The position numbers and the translations under genes are program-made. From Podarcis muralis (taxonomy: Eukaryota): a DNA stretch of 64,000 nt. Below are positions 50,462 to 62,200 of this stretch, in pieces. Under the pieces are notes generated by a model that worked only from the letters and a program-made list of their open reading frames with translations, searched no databases and had not been told where the DNA came from. Location of the stretch: NCBI RefSeq assembly GCF_964188315.1, contig NC_135671.1, positions 10,106,001 through 10,170,000 of the forward strand. Direction: 5' to 3'. Numbering within the stretch: position 1 is the first letter of the stretch; the number at the start of each line of letters is the position of its first letter.

Positions 50462-50680
50462 AATCAGTCTTTTTTTGCTGCTGCAACACACGCTTGACGC
50501 ATATTAAGCTTGTGGTCAACTAAGACCCCTAGCTCCTTTTCACATGTACTACTGGCAATCCAGGTATCCCCCATCTTATATTTGTGCAGCTGGTTCTTCC
50601 TGACTAAGTGTACAACCTTGCATTTGTCCCTATTGAAATTCATTTTCTTAATTTTGGCCCAGTTTTCCAAAGCAGTCATC
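50462..50680 (-). mobile_element. CR1 LINE RT fragment
   Basis: W...KMNFNRDKCKVVHL.RKNQLHKYKMG.TW..SS.CEKELGVLVDHKLNM. Confidence 0.85.
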
Positions 50681-50716
50681 TTGCACCTCAAGGCAGCTCT
50701 CACTTGTTGCTTAGAG

Positions 50717-51694
50717 GTAAAGCACGCCGGGCACTTCCACTGCCTCCCGCAGTTTGGCCAAACTCATGCTGGTAGCTTCCACAACACTGTCCAACCATCT
50801 CGTCCTCTGTCGTCCCCTTCTCCTTGTGCCCTCCATCTTTCCCAACATCAGGGTCTTTTCCAGGTAGTCTTCTCTTCTCATGAGGTGGCTAAAGTATTGG
50901 AGCCTCAGCTTCATGATCTGTCCTTCCAATGAGCACTCAGGGCTGATTTCCTTCAGAATGGAGAGGTTTGATTTTCTTGCAGTCCATGGGACTCTCAAGA
51001 GTCTCCTCCAGCACCAGAATTCAAAAGCATAAATTCTTCGGCAATCAGCCTTCTTTATGGTCCAGTTCTCACTTCCATACATCACTACTGGGAAAACCAT
51101 AGCTTTAACTATATGGACCTTTGTTGGCAAGGTGAAGTAAAATCTCTCACTGCCTCCATTTCTTCCCCTTCTATTTGCCAGGAGGTGATGGGCCCAGTGA
51201 CCATGATCTTCTTTTTTTGATGTTGAGCTTCAGACCATATTTTGCGCTCTCCTCTTTCACCCTCATTAAAAGGTTCTTTAATTCCTCCTCACTTTCTGCC
51301 ATCCAGGTTATGTCATCTGCATATCTGAGGTTGTTGATATTTCTTCCGGCAATCTTAATTCCAGCTTGGGATTCATCCAGCCCAGCCTTTCGCATGATGA
51401 ATTCTGTATATAAGTTAAATAAGCAGGGAGACAAAATACAGCCTTGTCGTACTCCTTTCCCAATTTTGAACCAGTCAGTTGTTCCATATCCAGTTCTAAC
51501 TAGCTTCTTGTCCCACATAGAGATTTCTCAGGAGACAGATGAGGTGATCAGGCACTCCCATTTCTTTAAGAACTTGCCATAGTTTGCTGTGGTCGACACA
51601 GTCAAAGGCTTTTGCATAGTCAATGAAGCAGAAGTAGATGTCCTTCTGGAACTCTCAAGCTTTCTCCATAATCCAGCGCATGTTTGCAATTTGA
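50717..51694 (-). mobile_element. RTE-BovB LINE 3' fragment with an internal deletion
   Basis: FKIGKGVRQGCILSPCLFNLY, NINNLRYADD and [22 protein letters not shown]; frameshifted. Confidence 0.88.
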
Positions 51695-51939
51695 TATTGA
51701 TTATTAATTGGCTTGGAGCCAGATGGGCAAGGATCACAGAGGACTGCTTACAAAGAGCTTCTTAAGAGCCGTTATCACCCTTTGGACTTTGATTATTATG
51801 ATAAATGGTTATTAAGGCAGCAGCTCAGGTACAGAGTCACTCTTTATAGTTCCCTTCCATGCATGCTGAGTGAAAACCAGCCCTTGCCGATTTCTTCCTA
51901 AGTTATTCTCTTCCTGAAAACAACCTTCTGCCAGGTAAC

Positions 51940-53029
51940 ATGTCACGTAATGTCGCCCTGAAAGAGAAGAGATTCCTCTTCACGTCTGAGTCTGTTGCTG
52001 AGGGACATTCAGGTGAGTGAATGTGGGTTTCCTGTCCAGCAGTTTGGTGAATGCAAAATGTAACTTTCTAATAGCCTCTTCTGAGACCTCCAATTTCCGA
52101 AGGAATGGAAGAGAGTAAGCTTCCAACCATGAATATTTTAAATTCTTGCTCCATCCCCACCTGACGGCTCATGTGGCTTTCACTGGTCTTAATACAGCAG
52201 GTTTAGTGCTTGTTATGTTTGCTCAGTGATGGGTACAGTCATGCTTTGAATTTAAAAGCATAGCTGTCAACTTTCCCCTTTTCTTGCGAGGAATCCTATT
52301 CGGAATAAGGGAATTTCCCTTTAAAAAAAGGGAAATGTTGACAACTATGCTTTAAAAGTGCTATTTTCAATTATTTACAAGAGAGCCTGAAAGAACTGGA
52401 TGCATAATGCTCTAACAGTCAACTCAGCAAACCGGCGAATGCCTGATCTTCTCAGGAAAACACCAGAAGCTGCCCTATACAGTGGTACCTTGGAAGTTGA
52501 ACAGAATCCGTTCCAGAAGTCCGTTCGACTTCCAAAACGTTCAGGAACCAAGGTGCGGCTTCCGATTGGCTGCAGGAAGCTCCTGTAGCAAATCGGAAGC
52601 CGCATAAGCCACGTCAGACGTTCGGGTTCCAAGGAAGGTTCGCAAACTGGAACACTCACTTCTGGGTTTGAGGCGTTCTGGAGCCAAAACTTTAGACTCG
52701 CAAGGCGTTTGGGATCCAAGGTATGACTGTACTGAGTCAGACAATTGGTCCATCTAGCACAGTGTTGTCTACACTGACTGGCAGCAACTCCCCCCCCCCC
52801 CCCCGGATTTCAGGCACAGGTCTGTCCCAACCTACCTGGAGATGGTGGGGATTGAACCTGAAGCATTACGCATGCAAAGCAAGTGCTCTACCACTGAGGT
52901 ATGTACGTTCTCAAATGTCATCCCAGTGGTTTCTTTATATAACTGCTTTCTAGCAAACCCAGGTGGATGTTTGATGTACTTGTGGAGGGTATTGTGACCT
53001 CTGAAAAGCTCAGAAAAAAATGTTGCTTT

Positions 53030-53075
<46 letters not shown>

Positions 53076-56000
53076 AATGGCGACTCAGCTATACAGCTGC
53101 AAATAAAATGTTTTAAGTATGTTTTAAGTGCAGTATACAATGTGATACTAGCTGGTGATGATGAGCCTTATGGAAAATTCAATGGTTTTTTAAAAAACGC
53201 TTTTTTAATATATAAAAAAAGCATTTTCAGAACAAAAAAATTCCTTCCAGTAGCACCTTAAAGACCAACTAAGTTAGTTCTTGGTATGAGCTTTCGTGTG
53301 CATGCACACTTCTTCAGATACCAAAGAAGTATCTGAAGAAGTGTGCATGCACACGAAAGCTCATACCAAGAACTAACTTAGTTGGTCTTTAAGGTGCCAC
53401 TGGAAGGAATTTTTTTGTTTTGACTATGGCAGACCAACACGGCTACCTATCTGTAACATTTTCAGAACGTTTTTAATATGTGCATAGATTCCACCTGGAT
53501 TGGCTTCCAGGCCAACGAGTGCAACCTAGGCAGCCTGTTCTTATACAGTTGACAACTAAATGAATTATAGAAACCTGGCTTATTTTTGGTTTCTTTCCTT
53601 TCCACCCGTGTAGATAAACTGTGTGACCAGATCAGTGATGCTGTTCTTGATGCTCATATTAAGGTTGATCCAGATGCTAAGGTTGCTTGTGGTAAGTCTC
53701 ATCTATTTGCAGAGCAAATTACAGAGGGTTTGTGTTTTGTGTTTCGTTACACCTTTGCAGGGTTGTTGTTTTTTTAAGCGTGCAGTAAAAATGCAGGTGT
53801 TCGTTACTGAGGAAGAAATGGCCTTTCTCCAACGATAAGCTTTATTACCGGGAAAATAAATATTCCCTTTCCTCCTCCCAAGGTAATGCATCCATTGCCG
53901 CTTGAAGCACCTGGTGTACTGCAGCTGGGCAACTATTATTGGCATGTATTGGCCACTTCCTGTGTCAGCACAACTCCTCTGTCCGTTTCTGCACTATTTT
54001 GAACCTCTGTAACATCTATTTTTCTGACTATTTTAGTAGGTGAACAGCCAAAATGCTTATATTTATTTTTTAAACAATAAGGCGGGGGAGGGGGGGACTT
54101 AATATGGAGAACATCAGCAAAACTCCTCACTACTGTACAGCAGACTACCACTATTATATGTGTGTCCATTTGTGCAAGCTTCATTCTAGAGCCTAAGCTA
54201 TTCAACATTACCCAGAACTATAGCGCGTTGTCTGCCTAGTTTAATTATAAAGGGGAGGGAGTAGCAAAGAGGTGTTCCCCCTGTGTTGTAATTGTATCCC
54301 AAGTGGTTGCAAAGAGTCATCATAATTTAAACATTTCAAGCCCAGTGTCGGCTAAATTCTAGACAAAGATTCCACAGTGGACAGCAGGACCTTAAAGCTA
54401 AGGCCTCCATGCTACTAGGAATTAGGTGTTGGAGACAGTACACAACAAAAGGGCTAATGCTGAAATTGTTTTACCAATTGGCAAACAGAAGCTTTATAGC
54501 ACAATTCTATACACATCCATTAAGGGATGCGGGTGGCACTGTGGGTTAAACCACAGAGCCTAGGACTTGCCGATCAGAAGGTCGGCGGTTCGATCCCCGC
54601 AATGGGGTGAGCTCCCGTTGCTCTGTCCCTGCTCCTGCCAACCTAGCAGTTCGAAAGCACGTCAAAGTGCAAGTAGATAAATAGGTACCACTCCGGTGGG
54701 AAGGTAAACGGCGTTTCCGTGCGCTGCTCTGGTTCGTCTGAAGCAGCTTAGTCATGCTGGCCACATGACCTGGAAGCTGTATGCCGGCTCCCTCGGCCTA
54801 TACAGCGAGATGAACGCCGCAACCCAAGAGTCGGTCACGACTGGACCTAATGGTCAGGGGTCCCTTTACCTTTATACACATCCATTAAAACAAAAACAAA
54901 ATTGTATACTCCTGGGCAGTGCTGTTTTTCTCGAAAAAGAGGTGCCAGAACTCACCATAAACACCGTCCTCATTCTCTTCAAATGGCAATGGCGCCCACT
55001 TGAGAGGTGCTAGAACTGAGCTCTGGCAAGTTTTGGCTGAAAAAATAGCCCTGCTCCTGGGTAAGGGGATATAGAATTATAGCTTTACAGTGCAATCTGA
55101 ACCATGCCTGCTCAGAAGTAAATTCAGTGGGACATACTCCTATGACACTGGGATTATAGGGTTGCCATATTTCAAAAAGTAAAAAAAAAGGACCCTACAC
55201 AAATTGTTGAAGACTCTGGAGTTCTTGAGAATTTTTTCTTTTAATGCCGCCTTTCGGAAATTCCCCCCGGGCATCAATTCAACCTTTGAAATCCTGTTAA
55301 TGTACAGGGAAATCAGGACACATGACAGCCCTATGAGATTAGAAGTGCCGCCTAAACTGTTTAATTATTGAACCAATTAAAATTTGCAGGACTAGTAATA
55401 ACAGCAGAACCTACACCCTTCAATTTCATGTAGAAGTTGTGTCAGTATCATTTACAAGGGCTGGAAACTTACAGCCAAGGGGGCATATCAAAACATGGCA
55501 GGCAATATTGACCACAGACGATTAGCTATTGATTATTAATTGGCTTGGAGCCAGACGGGCAAGGATCACAGAGGACTGCTTACAAAGAGCTTCTTAAGAG
55601 CCGTTATAACCCCTTGGACTTTGATTATTATGATACATGGTTATTAAGGCAGCTGTTCAGGTACAGAGTCACTCTTTATAGTTCCCTTCCATGCATGCTG
55701 AGTGAAAACCAGCCCTTGCCAATTTCTTCCTAAGTTATTCTCTTCCTGAAAACAACTTTTTGTCAGGTAACATGTCACATAACGTTCCACCTTTGAAATC
55801 CCATTAATGTCCAGAGAAATCAGGACGCATGACAGCCTTATGAGATTAGAAGGGCAGCCTAAACTGTTTAATTATCGAACCAATTAAAATTTGCAGAACC
55901 TACGCCCTTCAAAATGCAAATGCCCCCCAAAATGGAAAGGTCTTTACTTGCAAGTCGTCACCATTACAAAGAAGAATGTTCCATTTGGACAAGGCCCTGC

Positions 56001-56164
56001 TCTTAGTGGATATGTGCCTAATTTCAGGTATACAGGACAAGGCCTTAACTGGATGCCTTAAAGATACAAGCAGGGACATAAGTGCACACTGTCTATATTG
56101 GGGGAAAGAAATATTTGGTGTGTGTGTATCTATCTATCTATCTATCATCTATCTATCATCTATC

Positions 56165-56212
<48 letters not shown>

Positions 56213-59200
56213 CACTATCTATCTCACTATCTATCTCACTATATAACTAGCTTTCTTGAATTATGTTTCTGCAGAATGTGTGGCCAAAACTGGGATGATC
56301 TTGCTATGTGGTGAAATTACATCCAAAGCTATCATTGATTACCAGCAAGTAGTGAGAGACACCCTCCAGAAGATTGGTTATGATGACTCTTCCAAAGGTG
56401 GGTTGTGGTAACTTGAATAAGCCACTGGAGATAGACCAAGTATGGATTCTGTGTAAGAGGAAACAAGTACCGTAGGTGCTCATCAGAGCCTCTTGGTGAC
56501 TATAATGTTATTTTACCTAGAATCTACTCATTTAACAAGCTTCACTAACTGCTGTGAAAGGTATTGTGTGAAATGAGAAGTTTGAAGCAGCTTCTACATG
56601 TTATAAGGAGCACCGTCTCTTTGGAACAGGCATAGGCAAACTCCGCCTCGCCCCCGATGTTTGGGACTACAACTCCCATCATCCTCTGGCTATTTAATGA
56701 GCATTCGTTCTGAATTGTTTCTGGGAAGATTCAACGATGTTGTGTCGAAACAAGTGTTAGCCCACAGTTTCCAGTGCATTTAGTCATCGTTTCCCTTTCC
56801 GTTTTTTGCAAAAAGATATTTTATGGTAGCAGGTTTGTTGCACAAGATCTCACCATCAATTTAAATTACACAACCTGAATATATTGGAATGTGATTGAAT
56901 CCCACTCAAAATTAGTGACAGCCTGTGCAGTACAATGTGTCTAAATGGTTAAAAGGAGATTGATTGCAACAATTGCTCCTCCTATGACTCAGTGAGTTTT
57001 ATTTATTTTCCCAGCAATTATGATGTTTAGGTGAAAATGGTAAATGCATTGGCCACCATCAAACATTGAGTTAAGTGTAATGAAATCCAGATGTAAAAGA
57101 TACAGAGATGCTGAATTAGAATTAAAATTGAGTTGAAAACCATGCAAAACTCCACCACAAAAGGAATTTAATGTTCAGTTCACCTGGAAATCATACGAAC
57201 TACTTGCAGGTGTCCTTCAGAGATTTTTGGAATTAATTCAGTGATTAGTTAATTTGAATTAATTCATTCCAAGCACTGGTGTGATGTGCCAACCAGGCCT
57301 CTGCGTCCAAGCCAGTTGCCCGTTATTGTGGCTTGCTATTCACTTCACAGGGTTGGATTACAAGACTTGCACTGTGCTGGTAGCCCTGGAGCAGCAGTGT
57401 CATGAGATCAAACAAGCCATCACCGAGGGGAAGACTGGGGATGATATTGGAGCTGGAGACCAGGTAACACGCTTTTGTTTGGGTTCCCACCCTCTTCTGT
57501 GAAGCACTTCAGGCCCCTACATTTTCTGTCTGTGACCCCATCTGCATTATACATTTAAGGCAGTATCATACTACAGTGGTACCTCGGGTTAAGAACTTAA
57601 TTCGTTCCTGAGGTTTGTACTTAACCTGAAACTGTTCTTAACCTGAAGCACCACTTTAGCTAATGGGGCCTCCCGCTGCTGCCGCGCCGCCGGAACACGA
57701 TTTCTGTTCTCATCCTGAAGCAAAGTTCTTAACCTGAAGCACTATTTCTGGGTTAGTGGAGTGTGTAACCTGAAGCATATGTAACCTGAAGCGTATGTAA
57801 CCCGAGGTACCACTGTACTTTAAGCAGTCATGGCTTCCCCCAGAGAATCCTGGGAACTATCTTTTCTTAAGGGTGCTGAAAGTTGTTAGGAGAACCTTCT
57901 ATCCTCCTCACTGACCTCAAATTTCCAGAGTTCTCTGGAAGGGCGATTGATTCTTCAGCACTCTGGGAATTGTAGCTGTCTCTTGGAAATTGTAGCTCAA
58001 TTTTAGAGGGAAAGAAGGGGAAGAGGTTAGCTGCCTCACTTCTACCTGTGCATGTGTTGCTTTACAGTGGTAACTCTGGTTGCGAACGGGATCCGTCCCA
58101 GAGGCCCATTCACAACATGAAAGGAAAGCAACCCGTGTCTGTGCACGCACAGGTTGTGATTCGCCGCTTCTGCGCATGACGTCATTTTCTGCGTCTGCGC
58201 ATGCGCGAGCGGCGAAACCCGGAAGTAACCCTCTCCGGTACTTCCGAGTCGCCGCAGGACGCAACCTGAAAAAACGTAACATGAAGCAAACGTAACGAGA
58301 AGTATGACTGTATTGCTGATCTGCACTCGAAGTTGTAGAAGAAGCCAATATGCTTATGGTAAATATAGCCATGTGATTTCTAACGCAGGGCTTGATGTTT
58401 GGTTACGCCACCGATGAAACTGAGGAGTGCATGCCCCTAACTATCCTTCTTGCGCACAAACTTAACGGGAAGATTAAATCCCTGGAGAGAAATGGAGTTC
58501 TGCCCTGGCTTCGACCCGATGGGAAAACACAGGTTGGTATATACCAAGGACTGTCAAATATGATGAGCAGAGCTGAAGTCTGAAATAAGTGAGACATGCT
58601 TATGTCCCATTGAAATTATCCATTTGGAGGCTCATGTGAACATGGTCAAAGCTATGTTGAAGCTAGAATATTGTAAACAATCAACATATGGATACAGTTC
58701 ATCCCTGGCCTAGTGTAGAGAACTGGCAGAGCCAAGTGGTATCAAGCTTTTGCTGGGCTCTACAGCTTCACCCAACAAACTGTTCGTCTGTTTGAATCAT
58801 ACCCTATGAACATAAATCAAGCCCTGCTGGGTCAGGCCAGAGGTCCATCCTCCACTTCAGCATCCTGTTCTTAAAGCGGCCAAGGCAACTTCCTGTGTCC
58901 CAGCTAAAGTCACAGTGATCTGTGTGACTGCTGCTTTCTTTTCTGCAGGATAGAATGCTGATCCGATATCCTACCTATAGATTGGGTTTAATAAACATTG
59001 CTTATCCTTTAGCTTCCACAGTCCATCAATCCTGACTACTACTGTAGTAAGCTAACTGGTTAGGTAAAGGTAAAAGTAAAGTAGCCTTGGACAGTTAATT
59101 CCAGTCAAAGGCAACTATGGGGTTGCGGTGCTCATCTTGCTTTCAGGCCAAGGGAGCCAGTGTTTGTCCACAGACAGCTTTCCGGGTCATGTGGCCAGCA

Positions 59201-62200
59201 TGACTAAACTGCTTCTGGCGCAACAGAACACTGTGACAGAAACCAGAGCGCACAGAAACGCCGTTTACCTCCCTGCCACAGCGGTATCTATTTATCTACT
59301 TGCACTGGTATGCTTTCGAACTGCTAGGTTGGCAGGAGCTGGACAGAGCAACAGGAGCTCACCCTGTCACAGGGATTTGAACCGCTGCCCTTCCAATCGG
59401 CAAGCCCAAGAGGCTCAGTGTGCTGGTCCGGGGGGAGGTTACCGTGGGGCGAGGTCCAGGACCTGAGTCGAGGGTCGGCAGCCAGTCCTCCACGGGCGAA
59501 GTGGGGTCCACAGTGAGGAGCTGGGCAAGGACAGGCACTCTGGGGAAACCGGACTGGGTGCTGGCCGAAACAGCTCTTCAACGACGTTGCTCCTGCAATT
59601 TGGGACCGGGCTGACTGGCCTTTATCTTCTCTGAGGCCAGGGGCAGTCCCGGCCCCCAGGAGACCCGCCTCTCCTGGCCTTAAGGCGAGCACTCCTCCTG
59701 GGAGAAACCAGTTCCCTCCACCTCTCTGCCCTGAGCCTCTGCAGTTCAGGAGAGGCTGAAGGGTTACTGGGCCCAGGGGGAGACTCACCTGTAGGCACCG
59801 AGTCCTCAACCACCTCCGGAGCCAGAGTGGATTCACCTGGTGCCTGCTCCTGAGGATCCAGCACAGGTGCAGGCGCTTCAGAATCAAGGCCCTGCCCCAG
59901 TTCAGCCGGCCCTGGAGGCAGGGACTCCTGTGCAGGCTGGGATTCCTCCGGTTCATCCTCTGAATGGGATTCCCAGGCCATCACACTCAGTGGTTTAGAC
60001 CACAGCGCCACCTGCGTCCCCTTTGCTAGCTGGTTAGCAGCAGGTGGATGAATCTTTCTTGATATACCAGGATAGCATTCTCTGCACAATATTCCAAGTA
60101 GTCGGTGGCTACTGACCTTGATGGCTGTGTTCTTCCTTCCCTGCTGGAAGCAGTATTTTACTGAATATCAGTTTCTGGAAACTACAGGATGGGAGAGTGC
60201 TCTTGGTCCTCAGATCCTGCTTGCAGGAATTTGGTTAGCGACTGTGAGAACAGGATGCTGGACCAGATGGGTCATTGGCTGGATCCAGACACTCTTATTA
60301 TCTTCTTATTGTCTATACCGATTCATGTCTGCATTGCAGTAAAAGGAAAATTAAAGTGACTAATAGAAAGGTTCTATTGGGAGTTCGGTGGAACTTACTT
60401 TTTAGGATCAGGATGCTGATCTTGCTCCCTATATAAAGATCTCAGGGACGAGACCATCACGCCGCTCCTATCTGCCATCCCGGGCCGCTCTTGTGAAGCC
60501 AAATTGTTCTCACTCTTAGCCGACCAGAACAGCTCGACAACAGAGAAGGTTGCCAAATTTATTGAGAGAGCAATGAGACTGAGAGCTGCTATCTGAATGA
60601 CATCAGCGTCGTCACCCGGATTCCTCGCCTAGGATCTTATTACTTATTACTATTATCATTATGTTTTATTATTATTATTTTATTACCTCTGCTAAGTTTT
60701 AAGTACTGAGATTATTAATTTATCTGCATCTGGTTATTATTATCTTTCTCCCTGTCCTGACCATCCCTCCGAGGTTATATTTATAATCTTTCAATTTGGC
60801 TGGCCTATTTACTTAATCGACCTGGAACAATCTATCAGAGAAAAGGCCGCCGCCCATGGGACAGAGGGTCATTGATGAATGATAATCCAGCTTCTACCTA
60901 GGGTTTTAATAGGTCATAAGATTTTATGGTAACTATATTTGTAATGTATTTTTTGTCGGTGTTCGTCCTTTGATGCTATGGCCTGTCAGCTACGCAAATA
61001 AAGTCTATTGATTGATTGATCAGGATGCAATAAAATAATGCAACATAAGATAGCGGAAGATAGATGAAAAACAAAACAGTAGCTCAGGCTTGTTCAGCAG
61101 AGTTGTATAAAGTGGCGGAAGCAAAAAATATAACTGTTTAAACCTACGGCCAATCTTGTAGGTCACGATGGAATACCGAGATGTCGGCGGTGCGCTGGAG
61201 CCCATCCGGGTGCACACCTTGGTCATTTCTGTACAACACGCTCCTGGGGTGCCGTTGCAGAAAATACAGAAAGAGCTGATGGACAAAGTTGTGAAAGAAG
61301 TGGTTCCAGCGAAATACCTGGATGAAAACACAGTCTATCACCTCCTGCCGAGTAAAGCCTTTCTAGCAGGTGGTCCTAAGGTATTGTAACCTCCAAACCT
61401 CTAGATATACAATAATGAGAGAGAGAGAGAAAGCATGAATCTGACTGGTTTTTTATTTACCCTGCCTCTTTCTATGGGGAAACTGCTGTTTGCCACTGAA
61501 TCAGAACAAATGTCAATCTGCGGGGGGGGGGGGGGGACATTTGCCAAAGCTAGTAAATGAGATAGAACACAACCCCAATGCAACAAAGTACTGCAAGGTT
61601 ACCAGGCTATTGCTTGATTTAAATCTTAAATTTCTACCCTTGTTTGTAGTTTCCCTTTAACCTGAGGCTGCTTAAAAAAGACATTTGTGCTCCAAACAGT
61701 TCGTGCGCGTGTGATACCACTGTTGTAGTGGAATCCTATACATGCCTCCTCAAAAGTGTGCCCTGTTGATTTATGTTTACACCTAGATAAGTGGGCATGG
61801 GATTGCAATCCCGGTGCCAGGCTTTTTACACTGCAATGACATATTGAAGCAGTTATGATCTTGAGAGATGAATTTGACACTCTTATTGTTAGCAAAGTAA
61901 ACATCCTGGTGATTTTTTTTATTTACTGTATTACTACTCTATAAGACTCACTTTTTCCCTCCTGAAAAGTAAGGGGAAATGTGTGTGCGTATTATAGAGC
62001 GAATGCAGGCTGTGCAGCTATCCCAGAAGCCAGAACAGGAAGAGGGATTGCTGCTTTCACTGCGCAGCGATCCCTCTTGCTGTTCTGGCTTCTGAGATTC
62101 AGAATATTTTTCTTCTTGTTTTCCTCCTCCAAAAACTAGGTGCGTCTTGTGGTCTGGTGCGTCTTATAGAGCGAAAAATACAGTATTTAAAAAATGTATT

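Larger units (their letters stand above)
53233..53455. mobile_element. Penelope-like element terminal remnant forming an inverted repeat with about 89-bp arms
   Basis: 53233-53321 is the reverse complement of 53329-53417 with one visible mismatch and a 7-nt spacer. Shares AGTTGGTCT..AAGGTGC.ACTGGA with the copies at 4.6, 8.9 and 50.1 kb. Confidence 0.65.

Noticed and set aside
51713-51901. 62-aa ORF MEPDGQGS... present twice (also 55545-55733)
   Set aside because: It starts at TTG, has no recognisable homology, and is explained by the recent 259-bp duplication of MAT 5' non-coding sequence
56268-56280. Possible METTL16/METT-10 UACAG|AAAC motif at the intron 2 acceptor, as in invertebrate SAM synthetases
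   Set aside because: The sequence is TGCAG|AATGT, so the motif is absent. MAT2A-type 3' UTR hairpins cannot be assessed because the last exon is outside the window.
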